A program made the translations under genes and the position numbers. DNA of 64,000 nt from an uncultured Candidatus Saccharibacteria bacterium (GTDB lineage Bacteria > Patescibacteriota > Saccharimonadia > Saccharimonadales > Saccharimonadaceae), in assembly GCA_964439975.1 (NCBI GenBank), contig CAYTPD010000003.1, positions 764 to 64,763 of the forward strand, read 5' to 3'. Shown piece by piece: positions 24,262 to 35,479 of the stretch. The first letter of the stretch is position 1, and the number at the start of each line of letters is the position of its first letter. The notes under the pieces are model-generated. The model saw only the letters and a list, made by a program, of their open reading frames with translations. It did not search any database and was not told the DNA's origin.

Positions 24262-25860
24262 TTAATAATTGAAGACGACGCGCGCATCGGAGAGGAACTC
24301 AGTAGTCAGCGAGTTGTTTTTCCAACGCCAGGAAACCATATCTTGGCCAACGTTTTGTTTCAAGTTGGGTAATTTGGCGCCATAGATAATTTCGGCCCGA
24401 TCGCTCGACATTAGGGCGCTTTGTTCGTCGATAACTAGGCTGGAGCTAGAGACTGCGGGGCGACAAATTCCGTTCACCCAGGCCATTTTAGCAGCACCGG
24501 TCGAGCTAGCCGCGAAATGGCCGGTCGAGACCTGAACTTGACCGTTTTCCCAGTGTGCGAGATAAATTGCTTTGGGGCCAATACGATGTTCACAGGCGAT
24601 CTGCTCTGCGGACTTGACCTCTTCGGCTGGCCGATCGGGAGCGGGATCGGATGTTGTGGGATTTTCCGAGGCGACAGGAGTCTCGATTGTTGTCGTAGTG
24701 TCGTGACTTGGCGTTTGGGGTTTTGTTGGGTTAGAACGCTGAGCGTCCTTTTTTGCTTCGGGGTCTTTGACGCAGGTGTCGCCGTCCATTTTTTCTCCTT
24801 CTCCACAAGTCGGAGATTCGTCAATCGTTAAGCGAAAACCAACCCGCTCATTCGTGCCCTGATTGTTGAGTTCGATTTCAACATCATGTTCGCCAGGCGC
24901 GAGATTCTCCAAAAAGGTTGCGAAGAAAATGACCTGAAAGGGCGCTTCCCGAAAATCGTAAGTTTCGTCGTTTATTTCTGAGTCGTCGATGATAATTTGT
25001 TGTAGATGATAACAATTTTCATTCCCCTCTGCACAGTTTAAATCCGGGAAAAAGAGGCTGAGGTCCTCTTGCCTACCACGCTGATAACGAGGAGAAAACG
25101 GATTATTATCTTTGTCAAGAATAACTTGATCATAGCTTAGGGGCTGGACAGATTGGTTTTCTTCAATTGGGCTCGCTGGCTGGTTGACTGGAGCGGAATG
25201 ATTAAAATACCAAGTCGCAATCCCGATAATACTAGCCGTGAGCAGAAGAATGATGATTAAGATCGCCCAGATCAGCTTTCTGTGAGACTTTTTAGGCTTA
25301 GCTTGCAGTTCGAGCGCCACTTCTTGGAGCTTTAATTCGGCCTGTTTCTTTTCGTATTCTTCTTTAATAATATCACGTTGCTTGGCTTGCCAATCTTCAA
25401 GTGTAGGCCGCGCTTTAGGCAAGTTAGTACTGGGTTCAGACACGCGGACGACTGGTTGTGGGGCTTTTTGAGTAAGCAAGGTGCTGGGTTCGGGGGCGTT
25501 CTGGATTGGAGTGTTAACCGGCTTAGGTTTAGCAATCGCGAGATTAATGCGGTCCTGATATTTCTCACGCAAATCACGTAATTGTTCGGTGGCTTTAGCT
25601 GGTTTGGTGGAAGGCGTTCCTGACGTAGCCTTTTCTGTCGAGGAAGCACTCGTCTGTGATACTGGTGTTAACTTAGCGCTCGAAGTTTCCCCAGTAGGCA
25701 GATTAGCCTTGATCGATCTAGCTGATGCAGCCGGCTGTTTGTGCGCTGAGCTTGCTTTAATTGCAGTTTTCTGCTTTGACTGTATAGTTTGTGGCGACTT
25801 GCGCTTCGCCTTGTGTTGTGTCCCTTTATGTCGATTACGTGATTTCTTTGATTTACCCAT
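24262..25860 (-). CDS. hypothetical single-pass membrane protein with a basic low-complexity N-terminus
   Basis: 532-aa ORF. K/S/T/P-rich first 190 aa, TM LIWAILIIILLLTASIIGIATWYF, Cys-containing extracytoplasmic part. Confidence 0.6.
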   Translation of the reverse strand: MGKSKKSRNRHKGTQHKAKRKSPQTIQSKQKTAIKASSAHKQPAASARSIKANLPTGETSSAKLTPVSQTSASSTEKATSGTPSTKPAKATEQLRDLREKYQDRINLAIAKPKPVNTPIQNAPEPSTLLTQKAPQPVVRVSEPSTNLPKARPTLEDWQAKQRDIIKEEYEKKQAELKLQEVALELQAKPKKSHRKLIWAILIIILLLTASIIGIATWYFNHSAPVNQPASPIEENQSVQPLSYDQVILDKDNNPFSPRYQRGRQEDLSLFFPDLNCAEGNENCYHLQQIIIDDSEINDETYDFREAPFQVIFFATFLENLAPGEHDVEIELNNQGTNERVGFRLTIDESPTCGEGEKMDGDTCVKDPEAKKDAQRSNPTKPQTPSHDTTTTIETPVASENPTTSDPAPDRPAEEVKSAEQIACEHRIGPKAIYLAHWENGQVQVSTGHFAASSTGAAKMAWVNGICRPAVSSSSLVIDEQSALMSSDRAEIIYGAKLPNLKQNVGQDMVSWRWKNNSLTTEFLSDARVVFNY

Positions 25861-26091
25861 AAACTTGCCTTTCTAAAAATAGGATGATGCAGGGGTTGAT
25901 ATGATTTGGTATTATTTTTATCTAAAACATATCCTGCTGTTTTTACCACCAAGTGGCATTTGGCAACAAAAATCCTCTGCAACCCTAGATTTTCGTAATT
26001 ATAGCATAAAATTTTATTTTTGTGAAGTATTAAATACTATTTTTACATAGGATTGTGTGAAAGGCAAAAGCAACTTCGTGTAAAAAGTCGC

Positions 26092-27525
26092 TTAATTTTG
26101 TAGCAACTTAGCAAGTTTGGCGCGGAGCCCTGTTTCCTCGGGAGCGCCAGCGAGCGTATCGAGGGCGACGCGCAACAAACCGAGTGCGGTGACGAAGGAA
26201 TGATCAATACGGGTCTGGGTGAGATTGGTAACGTCGGGAATATCGTTAGCTTCGACGACATGCACGATTGGTCGACGCGAGAATGGTAGTTCTTTAAACC
26301 AATCGGTAGTCGCAAGGACTTCTTGGAGATCATTAAGTCCAGCGCCACCTCCACAGAGCAGAATACGACTTGGCAACATGTCGGAAAGTTTAAATTCTTC
26401 CAAAGTAATACTGACGCCAGAGAGCCAAACAGCTAAATTGCGCTGAATAGCGAAATCAATTTTTTCGCGCATTTCAGCGGGAATCCGTGTCGGATTGTTA
26501 TAATTAAGCTTGTAGCGCTCGGCGGTATCAAAATCAACTCCTAGAACTTCGGCGATTTGATGCGTAAAGCTACGACCGCCAATACTAAACATTTTTGTTC
26601 CCTCAACGCCGCCGTCATCGACTACGGCAATATCCGTCGTGCCACCGCCAATATCCATGACGATACCAGAAAAACCGCTATCGAGGTTGTCGCCCAGGCA
26701 GGCACGACATACAGCGAAAGGCTCGACCGCTACAGCCAATAACTCGAGCGACAACTCCGCACAAACCTTTTCGATGGCCGAGATGTGAACTAGCGGCGCG
26801 TAGGCGGTGTAGAATTGGATTACGATATCCGTACCTTTGAAGCCAATCGGATTAGAAATTTTGTAACCGTCAATAGTAATGCTAACGATCGCCGAATTAA
26901 TCAAGCGAACCTCGACGTTTGGATTATTTGTTTCGTCAGCAATTTCTTTGCGCGCAATTTCTCCTGCTCGTTCTTGGACGCGTTGGATAATGAGCGACAT
27001 TTCTTGTTCTGTCAAAGGTTTATTACCGTTTTTTCGCCGATAACGGATCGTCGTAGTGTTCCCCTTGACCAGTTCACCAGCAATCCCGACTACGGTCAGA
27101 CGGCTTGTGACGCCGGCGGTCTTTTCGGCCTGGCTCAGGGCTTTTTCACAAACTCGCACGACGCTTGGAATATCTGCGATCGCGCCAGCATACATATTGC
27201 TTGAATCTTGATGAGCGCGACCAATACCGATAATTTCCAGTTGCTCACCCTGGCTACGTCGCGCAATTACAGCTTTTACATTTTCTGTACCAATATCTAG
27301 CGCTAAGAAAGTGTTATTGTCAGCGTTGACTGGATTTTGATGCATTACGTCATCTTTATGAGCGTCTACACGAGGCGCTAGTTCGGGATCAGCCGAACGC
27401 CTAGGATCGACTCCCGATTTTATAGCTGGCTCGGGGGTATTGGTAGTTTTATGCTCGCGAGCTAGCTTGAGCGCTTTGTTTGCCTTTGCTAGACCGGTTT
27501 CTTTAACGTTTTTGAATAGCCCCAT
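26092..27525 (-). CDS. actin-fold ATPase of the FtsA/PilM family
   Basis: FLALDIGTENVKAVI, VVGIAGELV, IVMDIGGGTTDIAVV and FSIGGRSFTHQIA phosphate/adenosine motifs. Confidence 0.7.
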   Translation of the reverse strand: MGLFKNVKETGLAKANKALKLAREHKTTNTPEPAIKSGVDPRRSADPELAPRVDAHKDDVMHQNPVNADNNTFLALDIGTENVKAVIARRSQGEQLEIIGIGRAHQDSSNMYAGAIADIPSVVRVCEKALSQAEKTAGVTSRLTVVGIAGELVKGNTTTIRYRRKNGNKPLTEQEMSLIIQRVQERAGEIARKEIADETNNPNVEVRLINSAIVSITIDGYKISNPIGFKGTDIVIQFYTAYAPLVHISAIEKVCAELSLELLAVAVEPFAVCRACLGDNLDSGFSGIVMDIGGGTTDIAVVDDGGVEGTKMFSIGGRSFTHQIAEVLGVDFDTAERYKLNYNNPTRIPAEMREKIDFAIQRNLAVWLSGVSITLEEFKLSDMLPSRILLCGGGAGLNDLQEVLATTDWFKELPFSRRPIVHVVEANDIPDVTNLTQTRIDHSFVTALGLLRVALDTLAGAPEETGLRAKLAKLLQN

Positions 27526-27534
27526 GCGAATTCC

Positions 27535-29220
27535 TTATAATTGTCCTTGTTCACCCTTGATCTGTGGTTCCAAACTCTCAGATAGGTCCTCATCGATAGC
27601 TTGCGAGAGCCAAATTTCTTGACTAACTTCTTCTAGTCGCTCATCATCGATTAGGTCGGTCAGCGGTTGATAATCGCTAGGTGGGTTAACCAAAGCTTTG
27701 CGATAATCAAGGTTGAGATTGAAAGATAGATTCATGATGTCTTTTTCATAATACGTGGCAATAACTTTCTCCAGGCGATGACTCAAGTCGGCAATTTGAA
27801 GATATAATTTAAATTCTTCGGGAATTTTTATATCATAAGCTGAAATTTCATCAATATCGTCTGGATCAATCAAATTATCCGCCGGCTTTGTGCTACTATA
27901 CGACGAGGACATACCTTTGGCATAATCGCGCCAAGCCTCATTCACGCAGTCCACAAAGGTAGTCGCAACCTTCGTCTCGGGAAGATAATTAATAAAATCT
28001 GCGAGTTTATGTTTATCCAGCGTGACTTCGTACAAACTTTCGCCAAAGCCAGCTTGGTATGAGAACCAATGGCCGTCAGTATCGATTTGGGAAACTTTTT
28101 GAATATCGACAAACTTGTATTGATCCTGGAGATATAAATCTGCTAGTTCTTTCCCGTATTCGCTACTACCCAAATCGGTCGCACAGGTATAGAGTTGATC
28201 GCTAAAATCTGCCGTCGTTCGATCAACCTCTAGCGCTTTCAAAACATCGACAATTGAGACTTCCCACCATTCACCGTCGACATCCTCAATCAATTCAAAA
28301 GTCGTTGTTAGACTATCTTTTTGTTCTTTCGTCAAACCAGCACGATCCATGATTTCCATGAGACCGTCCATACGGAGATAAAAGATACCGTCGGCTTTTT
28401 GCATATATTCAACTTCAAGATCAAAATCAGGATCTTTGCGCATATCGATCGCGACTTTTACCTTACCTTGGCTAGGAATGCGGGTGGAAGCAGTATTAAA
28501 ATCAAAAGCGATTCGTTGTACTTCGGAATCCTTGTTGTTTGGATCGGCATTCATGACTACTTCACCATCAAGCGCAAGATTTTCGGTAGCTAAGGCTCCG
28601 TGTATGGCATCAAAGGCAATTTTATCGACATTATTATAATAGAGGAAATACCAAAGCGCCAGACCAACCAAGCTAAAAACGACAACCAGGGCAATGATAA
28701 TCGCAACGATCCGTCCGGTACGGGGCTTTTTCTTCGTAGCGGTCTGCATTGTTTGGCTAGTGGCCGGTGAAAATGTTGAGCCAGAATTAGTAGCTGGTTG
28801 AGACTTGAGCTCGGACTGGTCATCTGCTTGGCTAGCTTTCGCTTTTCGATTTTTAGATTTTTTAGCGGGCTTTGTATTACTAGTGATCGTGGCGCTGGAG
28901 AGAGCAGGGGATTCTGAATTAGCTAAATCTGACACGGCAGCTTGTATTTCGGGCGTAGGTTCAGCTGGGATGGACTCAATTTCGGCGGTGGGCTCGGCTG
29001 GCGCGGATGCGATTTCTGGCGTAGGCGAAGTCTCTTCCGAAACAGGTGTAAGCGGTGTTTCTGGAGCTATGGTCGACTCGAGGACTTGAGTCGGTTCGGG
29101 TGCCTGGCTGACAGAATCTACGACCTCCATAGTGCTAGAATTTACTTCCGGCAATTCAGTGTTTGTTTGTGGTATATCGGTATTTTGGTTCGTAGAATCT
29201 TGAGAATCCTGTCCGTCCAT
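27535..29220 (-). CDS. hypothetical membrane protein with an acidic P/E/T-rich repetitive N-terminus
   Basis: 561-aa ORF with a GGAGGG SD. Repeats TPEIASAPAEPTAEIESIPAEPTPEIQ. TM IVAIIIALVVVFSLVGLALWYFLYY. 10 nt upstream of the FtsA-like gene. Confidence 0.6.
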   Translation of the reverse strand: MDGQDSQDSTNQNTDIPQTNTELPEVNSSTMEVVDSVSQAPEPTQVLESTIAPETPLTPVSEETSPTPEIASAPAEPTAEIESIPAEPTPEIQAAVSDLANSESPALSSATITSNTKPAKKSKNRKAKASQADDQSELKSQPATNSGSTFSPATSQTMQTATKKKPRTGRIVAIIIALVVVFSLVGLALWYFLYYNNVDKIAFDAIHGALATENLALDGEVVMNADPNNKDSEVQRIAFDFNTASTRIPSQGKVKVAIDMRKDPDFDLEVEYMQKADGIFYLRMDGLMEIMDRAGLTKEQKDSLTTTFELIEDVDGEWWEVSIVDVLKALEVDRTTADFSDQLYTCATDLGSSEYGKELADLYLQDQYKFVDIQKVSQIDTDGHWFSYQAGFGESLYEVTLDKHKLADFINYLPETKVATTFVDCVNEAWRDYAKGMSSSYSSTKPADNLIDPDDIDEISAYDIKIPEEFKLYLQIADLSHRLEKVIATYYEKDIMNLSFNLNLDYRKALVNPPSDYQPLTDLIDDERLEEVSQEIWLSQAIDEDLSESLEPQIKGEQGQL

Positions 29221-29327
29221 TTACCCTCCTTTTTTTGTTGGCTTATGCTTTATCACATTGTAACATATTTTGTAGAAAAAAGTGTTTTTTCGGCGAAACA
29301 AAATACTTCTTATGATATAATTCTCTT

Positions 29328-30614
29328 ATGGATAAAATCACGATTAAGAATATTAAAGCTCGTCAAGTCCTCGACAGTCGAGGAAATCCGACGGTTGAGG
29401 CGGATGTTTTTTTGTCGTCTGGTCAGGCTGGTCGTGCAATTGTGCCATCAGGAGCCTCGACGGGGAGCGGTGAGGCATTGGAGCTACGCGATAACGATAA
29501 GAAGTTTTATAATGGCAAGGGTGTCTCGCGGGCAGTTTGGCACGTCAATCATGAAATTGCCGATGTTTTAGTAGGTAATTCTGTTAATCAAGCTCAGGTT
29601 GATCGTTTGATGCTGGAGCTTGACGGGACGACCGATAAGTCTAAATTGGGCGCTAATGCAATCCTGGCGGTCTCGCTAGCCGTGGCTCGAGCGACAGCCA
29701 AGGCGAAGGGCTTGCCTTTTTATCGATATGTGGCAGCGATCGCCGGGACGACGCAGGAAATGTCGATGCCGATGCCGATGATGAACGTCATGAATGGTGG
29801 CATGCATGCAGATTGGTGCACGGATTTTCAGGAATATATGATTGTGCCCCGTAGCGCTGGGACTATGAACGAAGCGGTGCGAATGGGCGCAGAAGTCTTC
29901 CATGCTTTAAAAAACGTTTTAAAAAATCGTGACTATCCAGTAACCGTAGGCGATGAAGGGGGCTACGGTCCGAAGGTCCGTGAAGGCAACAATGAGCCAT
30001 TAGATTGCATCATGGAAGCCATTGAAGTGGCTGGATATAAACCGGGACAAGACGTAGCAATCGCGCTTGACGTAGCGGCTTCTGAATTCTGGAAGGAAGA
30101 CCATTACGAGCTAAGGACCGACGGTTCATGGAAAACTGCAGCAGATATGATTGACTGGTATGAGTGGATTATTGAGAATTATCCACTCATTTCGATTGAA
30201 GACGGGCTAAACGAAGATGATTGGGAGGGTTGGAAGGCGCTGACTGAGCGACTAGGTGAGCGCGTACAGCTGGTCGGTGATGATTTGTTCGTCACAAATA
30301 CCAAGTTACTTGACAAAGGGATTAAAGCAAAAGCGGGTAATGCGATCTTAGTCAAACCAAACCAAATTGGTACTTTGACCGAAACGATTGATGTGGTACT
30401 GATGGCGAAACAGGCTAGCTATCGCACAGTCATGTCGCATCGTTCTGGTGAGACCGAAGATACTTCGATTGCGCATCTGGCGGTCGGATTAGGCACAGGC
30501 CAAATTAAGACTGGTTCCCTTTCGCGCTCAGAACGTATTGCTAAATATAATGAGCTCATGCGAATTGCCGAGGATCGGCCTGATTTAAAGCTCATAGATC
30601 CATTCGAACGCTAA
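29328..30614 (+). CDS. eno: enolase (phosphopyruvate hydratase)
   Basis: [34 protein letters not shown] and [14 protein letters not shown] motifs. TATAAT lies 6 nt upstream of the ATG. Confidence 0.95.
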   Translation: MDKITIKNIKARQVLDSRGNPTVEADVFLSSGQAGRAIVPSGASTGSGEALELRDNDKKFYNGKGVSRAVWHVNHEIADVLVGNSVNQAQVDRLMLELDGTTDKSKLGANAILAVSLAVARATAKAKGLPFYRYVAAIAGTTQEMSMPMPMMNVMNGGMHADWCTDFQEYMIVPRSAGTMNEAVRMGAEVFHALKNVLKNRDYPVTVGDEGGYGPKVREGNNEPLDCIMEAIEVAGYKPGQDVAIALDVAASEFWKEDHYELRTDGSWKTAADMIDWYEWIIENYPLISIEDGLNEDDWEGWKALTERLGERVQLVGDDLFVTNTKLLDKGIKAKAGNAILVKPNQIGTLTETIDVVLMAKQASYRTVMSHRSGETEDTSIAHLAVGLGTGQIKTGSLSRSERIAKYNELMRIAEDRPDLKLIDPFER

Positions 30615-30667
30615 AATTCAGACCCTCACTTTCGTGGGGGTCTTTCGTTTAAAGAACATTAGCACTG

Positions 30668-31330
30668 TTATTCTTTTTTGAAGGGGATGCAACGTTGCAA
30701 TCCTAAAGTCAGATCGAATAGCCCGGTCTCTTCGTTGCCGTCCTGGTCAGTAATCGTGATTAATACTTGTGGTGCAACTCGCTGATAGATCGGAATCGCA
30801 ACCAGGTCGATTGTTGAAGGCGTCATTTTGAGCGTTTTGTCGTACTGGAACATATAATACATTTCCTGCCAACCATTGGTGTAGACAAATTTGACCTTGG
30901 TTTGTTTGTCTGTTAGCGACCGTTTAAGCGCGTCCAGTAGCTTGTCTTGAACTTCTCCGCCATTTTCGCCAAAGCTAATCAGTTGATCCAGCTCTATCGG
31001 GTCAATTTCTGTGCGGTTGCTATGCTTAGTGCGAACCCCCTCAGCATAGACGATTGACGGAAAAGCCGAAATCGTCGCCGCCAAAGTCTCTGGCTGGAGA
31101 TAGCAAATTTTGTAAAGCTCCTCCAAGACTTGGTCGGGCTGACCCCAGAGTTCGCCATAATCCTTTCCGCTCGGGTCGACATTCATGGCCCCAGCATCGA
31201 ATTCCATTTTTAGGCCAGCCGACTTTTTAGTCTCCTGGTCGGACTTTGGTGCTGATTCAGTTTTGGCGCTACATGCGCTAAGCGCTAAACAGACTATAAA
31301 AAATCCGGTCGCTAATTTATTTTTCTGCAT
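30668..31330 (-). CDS. hypothetical lipoprotein
   Basis: MQKNKLATGFFIVCLALSAC lipobox. GGAGGG SD upstream of ATG 31330. Confidence 0.65.
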   Translation of the reverse strand: MQKNKLATGFFIVCLALSACSAKTESAPKSDQETKKSAGLKMEFDAGAMNVDPSGKDYGELWGQPDQVLEELYKICYLQPETLAATISAFPSIVYAEGVRTKHSNRTEIDPIELDQLISFGENGGEVQDKLLDALKRSLTDKQTKVKFVYTNGWQEMYYMFQYDKTLKMTPSTIDLVAIPIYQRVAPQVLITITDQDGNEETGLFDLTLGLQRCIPFKKE

Positions 31331-31453
31331 ATTAATCCCTCCTTTTTTGCGCAGAAAAGTCACCTGATGCGAGCCTCTTCACAGGGCTTACTTCTATTGT
31401 AGCACACATTGATAAAAATGTCAAGCTTAGCGTGATATTTGACGGTTAGGAGG

Positions 31454-34400
31454 CTATTTTACCTTTACGCACTGTTCGCCGAGGAGGTTAGTAAGCGGTT
31501 TAGTCAGGTCTTCGTCAATTTCAACCTTGAAGGGTAGGCGAACTGGGCGCTTACCATGAGCATCTTTCAAAACTAGAATGATTTCTTGGACGCCATGATG
31601 TTGCTCGCAGAGATGGCGGATCTCGCTCAACATTTCGGCGTTAGTCGGATCTTCAATTAGGACGTAGAGCTTTTCCTGACGAGGATCTTTTGGTGGCGTG
31701 ACGACACGGTGGATTGGCTCGTCTTTTGCGTCCGTTGCGTCAGGATCCTTCGATTCGGCTTGAGCTTTGGACGCTTCTTGATTAGGCGTAGGACGCCTAC
31801 GGCGTGGCGGTCGTGGGGCGTCTTCGGGGATCGGTAGCTTTTCGCCAGTGGGTTGATAGTTCTCTAGCGTCTCATCGGGGATGACGTCGATGTGATCAGC
31901 GATAATCTTCGCCTCACCAGAAAGTTTGCCGTCCCGATCGCGAGCGTTAACCCGTCCTGTCACCCGGATCACGGCATCCTGCTCAAGCTTCGCGCCAACT
32001 TCGGTGTATAGTTTGGGAAAAACAATGATCTCCAGCTCAGAAATTTTGTTTTCAATCTTTACGAAGGCCATTCGAGTATTACTCTTCGTGATTATGGTTC
32101 GCACATCGCTAATGATCCCGCCCACGCTGAGTAGTTTATTGTCGTTTTCGGCAGTCACTAAATCATAGCTATGAGTCTGTTCGGTAAAATATGTCTCGTA
32201 ACGATCAAGCGGATGGCTCGAAATGTAGAGACCCATGAGATCGCGTTCCCAAAGCAGGCGTTCTTTCTCGGGAACCTTACTAGGAGCTGGTTTGATTTCT
32301 GGCTCGGGAATGATGCCCGCCTCACCCATGGCGCCGAAAAGGTCGGTCTGACCCGAAGCAGCGTCTTTTTGACGTTTCGCGCCATAAGCTTGAATGCTCT
32401 CGAGATTAAATAATAGATCGCTCCGATCGGCAAAGCGATCAAAGGCGCCAGTTTTAATCGCTGCTTCCCAAGATTTCTTATTGAATTTAGCGGAATTAAC
32501 CCGAGCGGCAAAGTCACAAACACTCTTAAACGGTCCATTTTGATCCCGCTCAGGAATGACAAATTCTTCCACCAGTGCTTTGCCCATGCTCTTGATGCCC
32601 GACAAACCGAAACGAATCGTCTTTTCGCCACCGACAATACCAAAATCGCCGTAGGATTCATTAATATCTGGTCCAAGTACTTTGAGTCCCATGCGTTTAC
32701 ATTCGGCAATTTCGATTGCTAAACGGTCCGTCCAGCGCATGTCGGAAGTCATCAAGGCCGCCATAAAGGCGTCGGGGTAATGCGCCTTAAGATAGGCCGT
32801 CCAGTATGCGACGAGACCGTAACACGCTGCATGGCTCTTGTTAAAACAATAATTCGCGAAGTCGAGTAGCTCGACCCAGAATTGTTCGGCGATCTCCTTA
32901 GTCGCGCCACCAACGTTGATTGCACCGTTGATAAACTCTGGCTTGACTTTATTCATGAGATCGACTTTTTTCTTACCGACTGCTTTGCGCAATGTATCGG
33001 CTTGACCGCCCGTGAAGCCACACCATTCGCGCGAGATCTGCATAAACTGCTCCTGGTAAATCATAATACCGTAAGTGTCTCTCAAGGAATTTTCGAGACC
33101 AGGATGAAGATAGGTGATCGGTTCTTCGCCGTGTTTGCGACGAATAAATTGATCGATAAATTGCATTGGTCCCGGGCGATACAGCGCCACCATAGCGATA
33201 ATATCTTCGAAACGGTTTGCTTTGAGATCTTTTAGGTAACGCTTCATACCGGCAGATTCAAGCTGGAAGACGCCCGTCGTCTCGGCACGCTGGAGGAGAG
33301 CATAAGTCAGTTCGTCGTCCAGCGGAATATGGACAAGGTCAACATCGTCGTGATAAACTTTACGAATCATACGCAAAGCGTTATTAATAACACTAAGGTT
33401 GCTGAGGCCCAGGAAGTCCATTTTGAGTAGGCCTAGTTCCTCGACCTGGGTCATGGGGAATTGGGCTGCAATCGGACCCTTAGCGGAAACTTCAAGCGGG
33501 AGGAATTTGTCTAGCTCATCCGGAGCGATAATCACACCACAAGCATGTACACCGTGGTTACGAATTGTACCCTCGAGACGGCTAGCGAAATCTAAAACGT
33601 CCTTGGCGACCGGATTAGTTTCGTATTCATGTCGCAAATCTGGAACATCACGAATGGCGTCGGGAAGGTGCACATGGTGCCCCTGAATAGGGTCAGGTAC
33701 CAATTTTGCCAGCCGATCTGCTTCCGCATATGGCACTTCGAGAACCCGAGAAACGTCTCGCACGGCGTTTTTAGCCATCATTTTACCAAAAGTCGCAATG
33801 TTCGACACCCGACCTGCACCATATTTTTGGGTACAATATTCAATTACTTCATCGCGACGAGTATCTTGGATATCAGTATCAATATCTGGCATTGAGATAC
33901 GATCGGGATTTAGGAAACGCTCAAACAGAAGATCATATTTCAAGGGGTCCAATTCGGTAATCCTGAGCGCGTAGGCCAAAATGCTTCCAGCCGCCGAACC
34001 ACGCCCAGGACCAAAAACGATTCGTTGACTCTTGCCCCAGTTGATAAAATCTTGAACGATCAAGAAATAGCCATTATATCCCATTTTGTCAACCACGCCG
34101 AGTTCATAATCAATCCTAGGCAGGATTTTGAGTTTTTCTGCTTCACGTTCAGGCGATTGATCAGCTTTCTCAAGCATCTTGCGACATTCGTCGACGCTCA
34201 GATTAACCGTATCGTCCAGCTTTTTGCCACAATAGCGATAGACTAGCCCCTGAAAAACCAATTTATCGAGGTAGGATTTTTCATTTTCGCCTTCTGGTAG
34301 CGGAAATTTTGGAATCAGAATTCGCCCAAGTTGCAAGTCGACATCGCAACGGTCAGCAATGCGTCGTGTATTGCGCACGGCTTCAGGGCAGACTTTTTCC

Positions 34401-35218
34401 CAGCGATTAATAATTTCTTGAGGCGGAATAACATGGAGCTCGAAGTCTTTGAGCGACATGCGATTCGGATTGGAAAGATTAGAAGCCGTTCCGACGCAAA
34501 GCAAAACTTCGTGTGCATCTTGGTCTTCATGATTGAGGTAATGTGCATCACAGGTAACAACGAGCGGGATACCCGTTTCGTCGTGGATTTTCATCAGCTC
34601 CTGATTAACTTTGTTTTGCTCGTCCCAATGCGTGGGCGAATCGGGATGACCGTGATCCTGCATTTCAAGATAAAATCGATCGCCATAAAGGTCATGGTAC
34701 CATGCGACTAATTCCCGAGCTTTTTTAGGATCATCAGCACGAATAGCCTCGGAGATTTCAGATCCTGCGCAGCCAGACAGACAGATCACGCCCTCGGCAA
34801 ACTCGGTCATACAATCATGATCAATACGCGGGCGGTAATATTTGCCCCGAATCTCGGCTTGCGACATCATATGACAAAGGTTTTCGAAACCTTGATTATT
34901 CATAGCGAGAAGAGTGATATGAAAACGGCGTTTATCGTGCGCTGGATCACGATCTTCCATACGCCTAGCAGCAACATAAGCCTCGAGACCGAGAATTGGT
35001 TTAATTCCGTGGTCATGACAAGTCTTATAAAGCTCGACTAATCCGCTCATCGTGCCATGATCAGTCACAGCTACAGCTTCCATGCCCTGCTCCTTTACGA
35101 AGTCGACTAACTCTGGTACTTTGGTCAAGCCGTCGAGAAGAGAATAATGGGTATGATTATGCAAATGCACAAAATCGCTAGGTTTCAGGGGTTCGTTGTC
35201 TTTGGTTACCTCCGTCAT
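31454..35218 (-). CDS. dnaE: DNA polymerase III alpha subunit DnaE
   Basis: PHP motif FVHLHNHTHYSLLDG, then GRGSAAGS, PDIDTD and FNKSHAACY. Start set to ATG 35218, 6 nt after TGTGTTATAAT. Confidence 0.95.
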   Translation of the reverse strand: MTEVTKDNEPLKPSDFVHLHNHTHYSLLDGLTKVPELVDFVKEQGMEAVAVTDHGTMSGLVELYKTCHDHGIKPILGLEAYVAARRMEDRDPAHDKRRFHITLLAMNNQGFENLCHMMSQAEIRGKYYRPRIDHDCMTEFAEGVICLSGCAGSEISEAIRADDPKKARELVAWYHDLYGDRFYLEMQDHGHPDSPTHWDEQNKVNQELMKIHDETGIPLVVTCDAHYLNHEDQDAHEVLLCVGTASNLSNPNRMSLKDFELHVIPPQEIINRWEKVCPEAVRNTRRIADRCDVDLQLGRILIPKFPLPEGENEKSYLDKLVFQGLVYRYCGKKLDDTVNLSVDECRKMLEKADQSPEREAEKLKILPRIDYELGVVDKMGYNGYFLIVQDFINWGKSQRIVFGPGRGSAAGSILAYALRITELDPLKYDLLFERFLNPDRISMPDIDTDIQDTRRDEVIEYCTQKYGAGRVSNIATFGKMMAKNAVRDVSRVLEVPYAEADRLAKLVPDPIQGHHVHLPDAIRDVPDLRHEYETNPVAKDVLDFASRLEGTIRNHGVHACGVIIAPDELDKFLPLEVSAKGPIAAQFPMTQVEELGLLKMDFLGLSNLSVINNALRMIRKVYHDDVDLVHIPLDDELTYALLQRAETTGVFQLESAGMKRYLKDLKANRFEDIIAMVALYRPGPMQFIDQFIRRKHGEEPITYLHPGLENSLRDTYGIMIYQEQFMQISREWCGFTGGQADTLRKAVGKKKVDLMNKVKPEFINGAINVGGATKEIAEQFWVELLDFANYCFNKSHAACYGLVAYWTAYLKAHYPDAFMAALMTSDMRWTDRLAIEIAECKRMGLKVLGPDINESYGDFGIVGGEKTIRFGLSGIKSMGKALVEEFVIPERDQNGPFKSVCDFAARVNSAKFNKKSWEAAIKTGAFDRFADRSDLLFNLESIQAYGAKRQKDAASGQTDLFGAMGEAGIIPEPEIKPAPSKVPEKERLLWERDLMGLYISSHPLDRYETYFTEQTHSYDLVTAENDNKLLSVGGIISDVRTIITKSNTRMAFVKIENKISELEIIVFPKLYTEVGAKLEQDAVIRVTGRVNARDRDGKLSGEAKIIADHIDVIPDETLENYQPTGEKLPIPEDAPRPPRRRRPTPNQEASKAQAESKDPDATDAKDEPIHRVVTPPKDPRQEKLYVLIEDPTNAEMLSEIRHLCEQHHGVQEIILVLKDAHGKRPVRLPFKVEIDEDLTKPLTNLLGEQCVKVK

Positions 35219-35479
35219 AGTATGATTATAACACAGGTCAATGCGTGGGAAAAATGCGTTCGGGAGGAACTGGAAGCAGGCGGAGCGTGCAGCGCTAGCA
35301 TCGAGAGAAGCTTTTCCCTTACTGCAAACTGGGCGATCCACGCCGACACCAACGAGGAAGGGCAATGGTCAGATACTAAATGTCGGTCAGGTATCGAATG
35401 CTAAGCATATTGCTACTTGTTCGCAAACCGCAAAATAATAACATAAGATCCGTCCTGAAAAGGGGCGGATTTTTGCGAG

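Noticed and set aside
35219-35365. N-terminal extensions in the ORF track (dnaE to 35365, kinase from 16025, permease from 54183, recG to 7852, Mur ligase to 43411, ABC-F to 21955)
   Set aside because: The extensions run across the gene's own promoter or the neighbouring gene. The conserved protein begins at an internal ATG with either an SD or the -10-N6/7-ATG leaderless geometry.
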